NCBI GenBank assembly: GCA_964187785.1
Contig: OZ076409.1
Location: forward strand, 26,724,001-26,788,000
Source of the DNA: Amphiscolops sp. MND2022
Taxonomy: Eukaryota
Reading direction: 5' to 3'
DNA length: 64,000 nucleotides
Position 1 is the first letter of the stretch; every line of letters starts with the position of its first letter. This document shows positions 37,101-50,740 of the stretch, one piece after another. The translations under genes and the position numbers were made by a program. Under the pieces are notes generated by a model. It did no database searches. It saw only the letters and a list, made by a program, of their open reading frames with translations, and was not told the DNA's origin.

Positions 37101-40100
37101 GGCTGGAGAGACTGTAACGTTCTGCAGTCATCCTAACCTAAATGTTGGTGAAAAAGACTATGACTTCAGAAAACTAAAAGAAGAGTACCAATATTTATCT
37201 GATCTGCCTAATGTTAAAGTCTCAATGACTGATGTTAAAGTGATTTTCGGACAGGATGCTTATCATTTGATCAGGCCGCTGGAATACAAATCTGGCGAAA
37301 GAAATCAACCAAGGGCAGTTAAAACAGCACTGGGTTGGACCATTAGCGGAGCCTTGCCAAAAAAGGAAACAAGTAACATATCGGTTTCTTGCAACCTTTC
37401 AGTTGCACCCGACCCCATGGCAAATCAGATGAAAAAATGGTGGGACATGGAGACATACGCGTCAGTGTGTGATGTCTCTGGTCGATCCAAAGAAGAAAAG
37501 AAAGCACTGTCAATTTTAGAAAGGACAACAAAGCATAACGGCGAACGTTATCAAGTTGGTTTATTGTGGGCTGATGACAATCCCGATCTGCCTAACAATT
37601 ATTACTCAGCATATCAGCAGTTCTTGTCGATGGAAAAAAGGTTGGAGAAAGACCTTGAATTGAAAGAAGCTTACAAAGCTACCATTGAGAAGGACTTGGA
37701 AAACCATTTTGTTCGAAAACTGGATCAGGAAGAAGTTTCCAGAACAGAGAATGATATGCAATGGTACTTACCTCATCACCCAGTGAAACATCCACATAAG
37801 CCAGGCAAGGTCAGAAGGGTTTATAATGCGGCTTCAAAGTTTAGAGGCGTTTCGCTAAATGACAAACTTCTCAGTGGACCTGATTTATTGCGCAACTTAG
37901 TGGGAATTGTTTTCAGGTTCAGAGAGCACCTTATAGCAATCACTGCCGATATAGAGTCAATGTTTTCACAAGTAGCAGTTCCGAAAGAAGAATGTAGAGT
38001 TCTACGTTTTCTTTGGCGAGATAAACCAGAAGATAACATTGGAATTTTCGAGTATAATAGGCATGTGTTCGGAGCAAAGAGTTCCCCAACGTGTGCCAAT
38101 TATGGTTTCCAACAAGGCGGTATAGATAACAAAAGAGAGTTTCCTGTAGCAGCCGCTACAATAGACAGAAACTTCTATATGGACGACCTAGTCAAGAGTG
38201 TTGATACACCACAAGAGGCCATTGAATGTTATCAACAGTTAGTGGAAACACTGAAGCGCAGTGGCTTTACTCTAAAGAAATGGGCGAGCAATTGCCCTGA
38301 AGTGCTTGAAGTTATCCCCTCGGAAGACCATCTGAAATCTAATGAATTTACATTGAATGCGGATTCATCGCCCATCCTAGGTCTCGAATGGACCATAGAT
38401 TCGGATAGTCTTCAAGTCTGCCGAGGACCAAACAAAGAATGTCCACAAGAAGTAACGCAACGAGTGGTACTATCCTTTGTTTCATCTGTATTTGATCCCA
38501 TGGGAATCTTCGCACCGTTTACCATGCGAATCGAATGAGAATGCTTTTGAAGAGTATTTGGATCCGTTTTGGTCAGTCGTGGGACGAAAATATCAGTGAA
38601 GAAGATAAGCGAATATTCTTCGAGTGGGTACAAGAAATGCAGACAATTAAGCAGACATCTCTTTCCCGGAAGTATTTTTCCAATATCCCCAAGAACGTGC
38701 AGTTACATATTTTCAGTGATGCCTCTTTGGAAGCAATGTGCATTGTTGCATATTTTCGAGGAGAACTCGAAGATGGCATCGAAGTGTCCTTTGTGTTGGG
38801 CAAATGCAGAATAGCTCCCATCAAACAGTTGTCTATTCCTCGTCTAGAGCTACAAGCAGCCCTGTATTCTGTGAGGTTGAGAAAGTTGATCATTCAAGAA
38901 CACGATTTACCTATTAATGGTGTAACTCATTGGACAGATTCCGTTACCGTATTGCAATGGTTAAACTCAGCGGACAAAAAGCAGAATGTCTTTGTTGCCA
39001 ATAGAGCAGCTGAAATTCTGGAAAACTCCACTATTGACGAATGGAAACATATCCGTGGCGAGTTGAATCCATCTGACATTGGAACTCGTGGGATAACTAT
39101 AGAAATGTTATCTGAAAGTGAATGGTTAACCGGACCTTCTTGGTTGAAAGACCAGCCTGAGGATTGGCCGTTATCTTTGCATCCAATTCACGTGATTTTT
39201 GATGATCATGCTGAAGTTGCAGTAATTCCGAACACAAGTATGACTCAGGAGCCACCTGTTGATTGGAAAAAATTTAGTAGTTTCTCGAAATGCGTCCGTG
39301 TTATCGCGTTTTGTTTGCGGTTGAAGTATAAAAGTCAATCTAAAGTTTTACTTGTTGAAGAATTGAATAGAGCAGAAGAAAGAGTTTTGAAAATGATTCA
39401 AAAAGAATCTTTCCCGGACCTTTTTGATGAGAAGGAAAGTTTCGGTAAAACTAAAAAAGGCGGAAATCTATCAAAATTTGCACCCTTCTTTGATGAAAAA
39501 GGAGTTATCAGAATTAGGGGTCGCATCAAACATGCCAACTTGACCTTCGAACAGCGTCACCCAGTTTTGTTATCTACTAAACACGACATGGTAATGACCA
39601 TGTTGCGAGATCTACACTTCGAACACAATCATGAAGGTGTAGAGTATGTGAGAAATGTTATTCAACAAAAATTTTGGAAAATCGGGTTACGAAATTCTTT
39701 GAGAAGTGTTAAAACTAATTGTGTGTTCTGTCGCAAATTACGTGCACAGAGTAAAACCCCGTTCATGGCCGACGTACCCCCAGAGAGACTTGATTATCAG
39801 TCATATCCGTTTACCAACGTTGGGGTGGATTATTTCGGTCCGTTTGAGGTGAAATTATTAAGAAGATCTATGAAACGTTGGTGCTGCTTATTTACATGTT
39901 TAACTACCAGAGCGTACATATCGAAGCGGTTCGAAGTCTTGACACAGATTCTTGCTTGGTAGCTATCAACAGATTTATTGCTAGACGCGGCAAGCCGACT
40001 ACTATCATCAGCGATAATGGTACTAACTTCGTTGGATCAGCAAGAGAGTTGAAGGAGTACATCAACTCATGGAATCAAAATCAAATAACGTCAGAGCTTG

Positions 40101-40759
40101 CTCAGAAGCTCATTGTATGGAAGTTTAACCCTCCTGGTGCACCCCATTTTGGTGGTGTATGGGAGAGATTAGTTAGAAGTTGCAAAAAGGCAATGGTGGC
40201 TATATTGGGTAATCGATCTCTTACAGATGAAGTTTTATTGACAACTATGTGCTTAGTGGAACAAACATTAAATGCGCGTCCTAATACTCCAGCAAGCGAT
40301 GATCCTGAAGATCTCGAAGCACTTACACCGAACCATTTTATTATTGGTCGAGCGAATGTTTGCATTCCCTTTATTCCAAACGCAGAGGTTTATGCTAACC
40401 ATAGAAAGATGTTTAGATCAAGCCAAGCTTATGCAGACATGATTTGGAACCGATGGGTGAAAGAATACCTTCCTCAGAACAATGTAAGAGCACAATGGAA
40501 CAAGTCAGAGCCAAATATTCAAGTTGGAGATCTTGTTTGGCTGATAGAAGACAATGTTAGAAGGTCTCACTACAAGATGGCGCGTGTCATGGAAGTATTC
40601 CATGGGAAAGATGGTATTGTGAGATCAGCACTGATCAAAACTGTCGATGGAACCCTGAAACGACCTGTGGTTAAACTGGCGCCACTTTTTGAAAAGCGTT
40701 TTCGAACTGAAAACGGGGCGGGCATTGTTGGCGCCTCAAAATTTGTTCCGAAAAATTGA
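34172..40759 (+). pseudogene. BEL/Pao gag-pol polyprotein, disrupted
   Basis: Gag LPKLKLSEFHGDPLEWPEW; Cys/His knuckles; protease site LCVTGS (catalytic D to V); RT YLPHHPV, LLSGPDLL, FYMDD; RNase H LHIFSDAS, SIPRLEL, NPSDIGTRG; integrase VGVDYFGPF, SDNGTNF, APHFGGVWER. Lesions: in-frame TAA at 36062-36064 and frameshifts at ~36550, ~38530 and ~39913. The stop codon lies inside the 3' LTR. Confidence 0.95.
40709..40725 (+). promoter_or_regulatory. Polypurine tract
   Basis: GAAAACGGGGCGGGCAT immediately upstream of the 3' LTR. Confidence 0.75.
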
Positions 40760-41873
40760 AGGAAAAATAAGTCGAGTTAGCCAATTTCAAAATGCTGTAA
40801 AAATGTGTAGAATTGAGTTTGAGTGCTAGTTTTTGCCCAATCGACATATTTGACCCAAATGAGAGATTTAGGCTGAAAAATTGAAAATCGAAGACAAAAA
40901 TTTTTAAATTCTTGTCTTACGTCCCAATTTTGACCCTTTCCTTAATTTAAGAGTATATTTGAACTGTAATCTTTGTTTAATGTGTTAAAGTCGTTACGAG
41001 CTCCTTATTTGGGCTACCTGGGTGCTCTGAGGATCCAACAGCACCATTTACAAACATCGTTGATTATTCTATAGCAAATAACATGTGTAAATGTATGCCT
41101 TAATCTTGCTTAAATGTATGCCTTTTATATATACTTTTACATATTTTTGTGTATACCTCTAGCCCAGTTAAATAGTTTGTTTCTGCTTATTCTATATATC
41201 AAGGCGCTTGTATGGTGATGGTAAATTTAACCACAAACATCCGCCATTTGGTATTTCCCGTATGAAAAAGTAACCAGAGTTAACTCCTACTAAGACACAG
41301 CAACCAAGTAGAGATTCAAATCAGTCGACTTTGCTACTCAAGTATTGAAGAAAGTGAAAGCTTGGTAGTTTCTCGTACGATTGATTCAGTTAACTCTGGC
41401 TATTGAAGAGCTTTTTGGAGTTGAACGAGTGATATTACATTGTTTCGAAATTCCAACGTCAATTTATTATATTGCATATGGTTGCGATATTTTTGCTTGA
41501 GAAAGTTATCGTGGACACAAGGATTGGGATCGATCGATTGGTTTAGCAGATCAACAGAAGCTACTCTTCATCAGGACAGCTAAGTTGATTCCTATAGTCA
41601 CAGTTTAAAGCTACTTTATGTTTGCGAAACAGAATAAGTACAAAGTCAAAGATGCAGTAATTGCTTCACCGACTTCCGAAACTTATTCAAAGTAACGCAA
41701 GCTAAAATTTTCATTGAAATTAGTTGCGAATCACCTATTGAAGGTTCGTGATTAGTGGTTTTTGCAAGTGCCTTTCCTGGACAAATCAGATATAGAAATT
41801 GTCCGCAAGTTGTCAACCAGGCCGTCGTAAAGCTTGGTAAGTGTTTCTGTTAGTTTACCTTGCAGACGCAAAA
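40726..41873 (+). repeat. 3' LTR of BEL/Pao element
   Basis: Near-identical to 32923-34074. Confidence 0.97.
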
Positions 41874-42039
41874 ATCGAGACTGTTGTGGCAAACATTGTA
41901 TGTTACTGTTCATGTGCAAAACTTCCAATTTCTTTTGAGAGAAGTGTCCTGGATTGCTAATTTTTGTCTCAGAATTTTGAGAAAAACTATCTGTCGAAAA
42001 TGCAAACTTGTACAAACAATGTATTATACAGAAGTAATG

Positions 42040-42610
42040 AACAAGACGGGAACGTCTAAAGTCGGCGCTATATCTAAAGCGCAAAGGTTTCAAAATTGTA
42101 AAAGGGGACCCTTTTGACTTTTTGAAAATCCAGTTCGTTGGAAAATATCGAAAAAATTGAAGGGGGAACCTTTGGAATAATTAAAAAATTTCGAAAAATT
42201 TTTTGAACAAATTTTTGAAAAAAAATGAGATTTTTTAAAGTTTCAGAGTGCCAAAAAAGTTGAAAGGGGAGACCCATCTGGGCTTTTTCAAACTTCGTTC
42301 GCTGCAAAACATCAAAAAACTTGCAGGGGGACCCTTTGGCGACAAAAAAAATTCGAAAAAAGTCGCACAGTGCCGAAAAAATTCGAAGGGGGACCCTTTA
42401 GTTCCGTCCGGTTTTGTATCTTACATTAAAAATTGAGTACACGAAAGGGGGGACCCTTTGCACTAACTTCGATGCGTTTCCGCTTGCCGGTCCAGTAGTT
42501 CAGTAGTTCTGTAGAAAGTGTCCACTACGCATACATTCTGTGGTCTGATGAAAAAAAAACTTGCCACTGTAATAGTCGGGCTCATTATGTTAAAATGCGC
42601 CAACTCAAAA
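42040..42610 (-). mobile_element. HINE family A copy
   Basis: AACAAGACGGGAACGTCTAAAGTCGGCGC..ATAGTCGGGC..GCGCCAACTCAAAA. Matches 2413-2830 with extra internal repeat unit(s). Confidence 0.8.
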
Positions 42611-43469
42611 CATACTTCGCCGGGCCTATCAAATGCCGGTCAAACTCAAACATAAATCTTCATTGAAAAAGTTCGGTATGCATTTTCAATAGTGGCCTGC
42701 TGTGCTTTTAGAGTGGGACAGTAACTTAGCAACCAGTTGCTCAGTTATTGAGAAAAGGCCATTTCTCTGAAACGTGAAGTTTTGTTAAATTTAACTTTTT
42801 CCAATTACCTTTTTGCCACTGGCTTGGAAAAAAAGCTCTATTGACACAAATAACAACTCACCCCAGATACTCCAATATATTGGTGATAAGAAAAACCAAT
42901 TTTGGATTCCCTATATATATTCGCCTTTCGTATTTTTCAATGATTGCGAAGAAAATCGTTGTCGATATTTAAGGACGACATCACTGTCGAGGTTAAAAGT
43001 TGTGATGTGCACTATTTAAATTTCTTTTTCCAAAATCTTCTTGATAGCTCGTTCCTTCATTATGGGACATGTTGTATCATCTAACCAACCTACAACAACA
43101 AAATTCGAACATTGTACTAAGTTTACCGAAGAGTCTAAAAAATTAAAAACTTTAGTAACTTTCCATTTTCGATATCAATGTTAGGCCTTTCTTCAAACTC
43201 AATTTTTGGAATTCGCTTCAGAAAAGCATTGCAAACCCTGACAAAAACAAAAATTTATCATTTTCCCTCTGAATCATGGAAAAAATAGTTATTAAAACGA
43301 TGCACAATTAACAGAAAGTATTCTTAGTTTAGATTGGGCTCCTTAGTTGTAACAAAGCAAAGATGTTGATTGAATTAACACGACTTATTTGTCTTCAGTT
43401 GATCGGAACACTTGTAAAAAACTGCAGAAAATCCGAAAAAAATAAACGAAAAACGTTGAATACAAGAAG

Positions 43470-44400
43470 CTCACTAAAGAGTGCTTGTTTGATCCCAGTT
43501 TCGTAGCAAGGGCGTCGGTTAGCCTCTTTGGCGACAAACTTACAATAATTCGAGTCAAGGATATATCCAAATTCTTTCAGACATTCTGCATAGTTGTATT
43601 CAATTTCTCACGGCTCTCAAAGTTCTCACAATTGGAGTATATCTAACGAACCCATCTTCCCCACAGGTTCACGATAGGATTGCAATCGGGTGCAAGCCGA
43701 AGTTTTCATCTCCTCGAGTGTTGAGAGAATTGATTGAAGATTGTGATGAATAAGGTGTCGGTTCATCCTGCATCAGAATGTAGCATTGCTAATGAAAAGG
43801 CAGAGAGTGATTTGTGAGAACAGTTTGACGGTGTTCTGAGTCCATGTTTTGCTCGCAGAAATGCAGTATAGTTGTTTAATTCACTCGATACCACCACAGC
43901 CCAAAACACTTTCCGAAATCAATTTTCGAAGCATTTCCGATCTCGATTACACGCCAACCAACATAACCGCATGCCATCGAGCTGAATGAGATGGAATCGT
44001 TTTTCGTCAATGAATGTAAGGTTGTTTTGTATGAAGGTAAGGTTGTTTTGTTGATTCTGTTCAATGTTAAGTCTCTCAGCATCTGTTTGGATCATTCGAG
44101 TCTGTTGTCTACTTGCGTCAGTGGTGCTGCTTTCAATGTTTTGACGTAATAGTAACTTTGTCGGTGTAGAAAGTTTATTATTGTGTCTTTGGAAACATTT
44201 GAACTCATTTCATATGTGAACTTTTTGATTGGCGGAGGACGACTTTGATGAGACACAAACAAATTGTCATTTAGCACTGTCATCGAGCTTCTGTTTTGGT
44301 CCAACACTATGTTTATACGGTTCATATCTTTCCTATTTTTTTTAAACAATTGTAACTGCGTTCAATTTTGCTCGAATGTTCTGTGATGCTTTTGTTATTA
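43470..44400 (-). pseudogene. Tc1/Tc3-like transposase relic
   Basis: Minus-strand motifs in order across frames: VSKDTIINFLHRQSY..APLTQ..RLE* (HTH), TFIDEKRFHL..DG (FSDEKKF-like), ILMQDEPTPY (QQDNAP-like), APDCNPIVNLWG (SPDLNPIENLW-like). TIRs not found. Confidence 0.8.
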
Positions 44401-47400
44401 TCATTCATACATGCCCAAAGCCTTCCCATTTTCTATGATGCATAAAAGTGTTCCCTAATTCAGCATTTTTCGGATATTGAAATTTTGCAAATCCAAAGTT
44501 TTCTAAGGAGTTTCCACTAAATGATGCTTGACAGATGAAATTACTTTATACGACTATTTACTGCTCATACGAATTTCAAAATGTTTTAAAATTTTTTCAC
44601 ATTCGTTTTAGCTATTTTCACATTACTGGAAATTTAAAAACTTAAAATACCTTCGCTTCAGCAAAGGATTGGATACAGGGTTTCTTTCCAACGCAGAAAG
44701 ACTATTTTTGGACAACTTGTATTTCATTGACCTGTAAAAGCACTTGTTTTTTTCACATGCGTTTTAGCCAGAGTTAGATAGCTGTTTCCTTGCGTGTGAA
44801 ACTTTTGGGCCACTTAACACATGAGAAAATCTAAAACTGTTCAAAAACTCAAAGAAATTGTTTTAGAAGTAGAAGTTTTTCCGTGTTTTAGATATTTTGG
44901 GGTCATTTTGAGAACTTTTGTTTTAAAGCAGCCACATACCCTTCCACAACAAACCTTGTGCAACAAATAACAATAATATCTTGTTGTTACTACAAGGCCC
45001 AGCGCAGCGGGCCGCACGAAGTGCGGAACTCCCGCGAGGAGGCGGTACCGGAAAGAAGGGGCTGTCCAAAATGAAAGCGCAATACCAGACCTTTCAAACG
45101 CGCTATAGTTCATTTCTCTGGTACGCGTAGTGTTGAAATATTGATGACTTAAAATTTTTTAATCAAATTTTTTGAAACTTTGCCAAAACGCCTAGGTCAA
45201 TTATGGTTTAAAAGCATCCTCGATAGCTGGTTTCTTTTTTTGTGGCACTCTTCGAAAATTCTGACCTGTGAAAAAATTGCAAACTGTACAAAAATATAAA
45301 ACTAGCCTAAAAACTTTTAAACTTTTTGCTTTCAGGGGCAATTTCGGGTAAACCAAAAAAGTCCAAAAATCTCTACAAATTAATATTACACAAAAGTATA
45401 TATCAGCCGAATTCTATGAGTGAACTTCCAGTTTGATTTAAAAATTAAAAGGTTGTAAATTTTAGAAAAAAACGCTGCTGCGTTAAATATTTTCGTTTCC
45501 CATATGGAAATATGAGGATGGAATATAAAAATGTCGGTATAAAGTTTTAGATCCACAAACTTTCATGATACTGAATGATCAAACAGAGTCTGGCTATGAT
45601 CTGTTGATAAAGCGTCGCATTTAGTGTTCAAATAAAAGAGTTCGAGCAAAATCCCTTCTTGGTCTACATGGAAAATGGGTTGCTCCACAATAAGTTTCGA
45701 CGTGGGAAAAGCAGAAGTGATTGTTTGAGGTCCACCCCGGTTTCGAGGAATCTAAGTTTTCTGCTTAAATGTTTAAAATTTCGAAACAACTGTTGATTTT
45801 TTTGTTTTTTTTGTTAACCTTGGGTTGTCATGCAACAATCTATAATTTGAATCTATAATAGCAAGAATGGCCGAAGCTACTTACGACACCTCCGCAACAC
45901 ATATAATGAGACTGTGTCCATTTCATGCCAATTGAGGTACGTCAGTCTAGCAAGCTGAAGTAATCTAAGAAATAATGACCCTCTTTTAGTCTGATGGAAA
46001 TGCCCCCTGAAACTATTAGATGGTGGTGTTGTGTTAAAAAACTCTAGACTGTCAAACCCATCAATCAAATGGGCTGAAAGTCCATTCAATAAAATTTTCT
46101 AACAGCCCGTTTCATTTTTACCTTTTCCTTCTGGGTTGAGTTCCATGCAGTCGCCAGGAAGTATAATACATGTATAAGAGACTTGCAGATTATTTTTGAC
46201 ACTGCCAACTAGAAACAGGCTCCTACTTTTAATGACGTCATCGCACAAGGTGTTACGTCATCGACGCGAGGGGAGTCAAATTATATGCAGAATGAAAACA
46301 ATTCTGAAGACATTATATGCAATTTTCTCTGGCAAACGTGAAGGTCAAAGATTCTCTGTACCTCTCTCATGCGTGCCACAAAGACAGCTTGAAAAGTTTT
46401 ACAAATGACAATTTTACGTGTTGTTTTAGGGCACATTTTAAGAAAATAAACCGCCTTTTCAACAAGATTAAAGTTATTCGGTAACGGAATCCATGATTAA
46501 AGTTTACTCTTCAAACGCCATAAATAGCTATATACATAACTACTAAAGATAGTTTTTTAATTGAACAACATTACCTTGATACAAAATTTTAATTAGATTT
46601 GCAGTAAAAGGAGCTGCAAAAAACTAGGTTTCCTAGAAGATGATGAAAGAATTTCTGGTTTGCTTGCATTCTCCTCTTTGAGATCTTTGGCTTTTACATC
46701 CTGTAAGACACATCTCTTTCTCAACTTTTCCTCATCAATTGCCTTTAAAAATAACCACTTTTGCAGAAAAGTTCGTTACATAATAATGCTTCAGGTGGAC
46801 GATGAAGTTTTTAGCTTAGAACTATTCATTTGGTATAGAATAGATGATGAAAGAGTTTTTACTGGCTTTTTTTTCACCGCGAGATGATTAACAAACCACC
46901 TTTGTCTAAGGCACTAATCAGAACCCGTTTTCTATACTCTTTCAATTAAAACCCAAGCGGGACCCTTTTGAGAGTTTTGGTTTTGGTAAAAAGATGAAAA
47001 CACTCAGATAGCAAGTTTGAAAATGTTTGAAGATTTTTTTGAGTTAAATGTTTGGTGTATAAACCTCTCTCGAGAAATCTCAGAGTCAGTTAGAAGTCTA
47101 TCCTAGAAAAAATAGTAAATACACTTTTAAGATGTTGAGCAGTACCGTCAGAAAGTATTTCGGCCTCCATGAACTAGTAGGAAGCAACGGCAAATTGAAA
47201 AAACCTATTGAATGAGAAAACAACTGACTACAAATGGGATCGATTATGTTGTGTCATGCTCAAAACAACGAAAAAGATCATAGATGGGTCGTTTCAATGA
47301 CCACAATTCTCTCAAGACTAAAACAAAAGGCGCAATTATCCTGCGATCTTTACGAGACACATACCGGTAAAGTGGATTTCAGTCACGCAGCGTAATCTGT

Positions 47401-48514
47401 ATATTCCGTAAAATCGTCATCAGCGTAAGTCACTCATGACGATCTACGCCTGGACGGTGTAGCTGTGTCAACGGGCGTAATGGAAAATAGTTCAAACTAG
47501 TCAAGGCACGTAGTTACTGAAAAATGGAAGTTCGTCCAAAAATACACTTTTCCGTAATGCAGTCTAACTTTCACTAACTTCCACCTATTGCAAAATAGCT
47601 ATCTGCAATTTGCAAATAATGGAATGTGGTCAAAGTTTGACTACCTTACACCATGTTTAACTGAATTCAATACTCAGTGTTATTTTAACTCCAATTCATA
47701 CCACAATATCGTAAAACAGTCAAGGTAAACAATGATTGATTAAATAATTAGTTATTATTACCAAGCAGTACAGTACAGGTACGTATAAACTGCGTTGCGC
47801 ACGTGTGCACGTGTGTTTTATCGTTTCATTTTACGTGCAAATAATTATAAATAAACATAGAATATACCTTGGAGCTACTGATTAGTATCACTACCTTGTA
47901 GTACTAATTAGATCAAAGCAGTCCTCATCAATAGTTGCAAAACTATCTTCAATTTTCGTCCTGTCGTGATCAAAGCTGATGTCACTGGAATTATTGGTCA
48001 ACGAATTAATGAACTGGGTAATTTTGGTCAAGGATTTTGGGAAATTTGAGCCAGCGTATTTACAGTGATCAATTTTTATGCCTGTCGTGAGCAACATCAA
48101 GACAAAATTGTTACAGATAGTCTAAGCCAATTTGAAAATTTATCAATCCGGTTACTAACTTTCAAGGAATACCAATCATGAAGTAATGGATAAAATACAA
48201 AATCTGGACCATTAGCCTCATTACCCCCAGATAAACATTGATTCTTCTCCGAAAACCAACCTCCCATCATGTCGAAAAATTGGTGTTTGTCGGTTGTTTC
48301 TCGACAAAAACTCAATACTTCGGACGTTTCAGTATTCCATACAGTTGCTTAAATGGTTGTTTCTTTTCCCTCAACCCCCCATTATGTCGACATGAAAGTA
48401 TTTGTACTTTGTTAACCCCCCTGACCACGGTTTGACTTGGGCTTAGATGGAAAAAGGGACCTGGTAAGAGTACACCAAACAACGGGGTTTTTTGGTGCAT
48501 TACATCCTGTTGTC

Positions 48515-48898
48515 TTTTTTAGTCGGTGTTTTCGAAGAAAATCCCGACTCTTACAGTGGCTAGTTTTTTTTCGTCAGTTCAACGCGTAACGTCCGCTTTT
48601 TGTGCATTAAGGCAATTAATGCTCATTTACCAACTTTTACCATATGTACTTAGTACTTCATTTTCAACGCATCCAAAGCGTCTAACATGAGATAAAAAGC
48701 GTCCCCCCTTTTACATTTTTCGGCACTATGCGACTTACCGGAAACTTCGAAAAAAAATTTCAAAAAAAATTCGGAAATTTTTTTTTCTCAATTTTTAGTT
48801 TTTTGAGAGCTTTTGTTGTCTCCAGTTGTAGAAAAAGTGGTTTTCGAGTCTTTTCGAGCCTTAGATATGGCGCCGACTTGGGCCGTTCCCGGCTTGTT
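48515..48898 (+). mobile_element. HINE family A copy
   Basis: TTTTTTAGTCGGTGTTTTCGAAGAAAATCCCGACT 5' end and GGCGCCGACTTGGGCCGTTCCCGGCTTGTT 3' end. Confidence 0.8.
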
Positions 48899-50740
48899 CA
48901 AAGTAAATAGCTGGTTTAAATAGAAGAATTTTTAAAATTATAAAATGACCTACAAATGTTAGCCAAACAAATGAATGTTAGTCAATAAATGATGATAAAT
49001 TTTGCGAAATCTGCTACAACGCTTTCAGAAATAAGTCGGACATCTCTCGTTTGACAAGTCGTATCAGCATATTTTATACCTTAAACGTTCATACTGATCT
49101 CAAAACTAGTTGATGTAATTTTACATATATATAGTTCCAAGATGAAAATTGGTAGAAACTCCCCATGATTTCGTACTCTAAATTTCTGACATAGTTTAGG
49201 GAAAACGTTGAAAAATCGGATATAGAGTATTCCGAATGGGGGCTCTTTGGCCTCGTTCAGTTTTTTCTTCTTATTTAAAAGTTGCAAAGAGTCAAAGAAA
49301 AAGCCTGTAGCACCGCTGCTTGCACTTTAGATCTTTGATTACTTCTATTCTAAAACTGGAAAAACGTTTTTCGAGAAAAAGTAGCAAAGTGCCGAAAAAC
49401 CCATAAAAGCGTCTTCCATAAATGCTCAAAATCATCTATTGAGAGGACTCTTATCAATCTCACACAACAGAGAAATATTTGAGAGGTAATCTTCGAGAAT
49501 CAGAAATTAGTGTTACTTACCTAAAAACACAAAAAAACTCTAAATTTTGGAAAAAAGTGTTTCGAACATTTTTTTTAAAATTCTTTATCAATATGAAGTA
49601 CCCAAGGCCAAAAGACTCAAAAGGGGACCAAGCTCGCAAAAGTTTTGTTCATACTGGAAACATTACAAAACTCAAGGAATATTTTCACAGGAAAAAGTTA
49701 TGTCCCAGAATCGGTATACCCAAGTTTATTTCATCTGCCTTTTCACATAATCCGTGTCTGTCTTATGCAAACTATATGTAGTAGTATTGTATTGTATGCA
49801 ATATATCGTATCAAAAAGTGAAAATTTTAGCTCAATTTGCAAAAATCGACCTAACGCTCGGTAGAGAAGCAAAGTTACTAGAGTTCTTTCCGATATTTTT
49901 TCAGCAGATCGCCAATGTAGTATTCAATTTTATAGCCAAAATCGTACGACTGCAATTTTTTTGCGATTAGTAAGTTTTTTGTTTTCCATCGCCTAGACAT
50001 GAACATACCCATATTGTTTAACAAACCTGCTACATGTTATGCAAAATATACACTTTGAGCGACAAAAAGTAGTTTAATAATTTTGTTTGAAACGTAAAAA
50101 CGTTGCACAATTTCCGAAATTTTTGACATCTGAAAACAACAGGCAGTTCTGATTGGGATGTTGATGTTGAATAATGCTATTCTTAGACTGTCAACAGATA
50201 CCCCTGAGGAAAGAGAAACTCTGCAATATATTCCCAGGGTTCTAATTATGATGAAGTAATGATGGCAAACGTTACACCTTTTTTCTGTCTTTTTGTGTCA
50301 TTCGGGTTTCTTTTCATTGAAATTTGGATCATTGCCATTTTCACGAATTTCAGTGATAAACTAAAACTTCTTGGAAATAACAAAAATTATGAACAAACTT
50401 GGTTTTTCCTCGAGAATTTACGCTATGTATGTCAACGTTTCGGATATACAGTTTTTATGTTTTCAAGTTTTTACAAAACAACTGCATTCCTGTGCACCCG
50501 TCATTTGTCACCGATCTTACTCAAAGAGGCAATACGAAGTGCTCAAACGCTCATTCGTTGTCCTCATTGAATGAAAGTATGGTTATGATTGAATCATAAT
50601 GATTGTTTTTATGACTATCTAATCATTCAATGGGATTAAAACTTCAACCTTCAACTACGAATATCAAAAATGAAACAGAAAAAATAGGGTGGAAATCTAA
50701 AATGGAGAAAATTTTTAATTGTTCCGTTCAAGAGTCTCAC

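Larger units (their letters stand above)
32923..41873 (+). mobile_element. Full-length BEL/Pao LTR retrotransposon (disabled)
   Basis: Two ~1.15 kb LTRs, a 5-bp TSD ATCGA (32918-32922 and 41874-41878), a PBS, a PPT, and a single gag-pol with Pao-type motifs. Confidence 0.97.

Noticed and set aside
34172..40759. Programmed readthrough/frameshifting, or a paradox of young LTRs with a dead ORF
   Set aside because: Lesions fall inside conserved domains and include a catalytic protease substitution. A handful of lesions over 6.6 kb is compatible with the few LTR differences, so ordinary decay explains them.
46230..46265. Paired TGACGTCA/TTACGTCA CRE-like sites as a promoter
   Set aside because: There is no linked gene start, and such short palindromes also occur in repeats or by chance.
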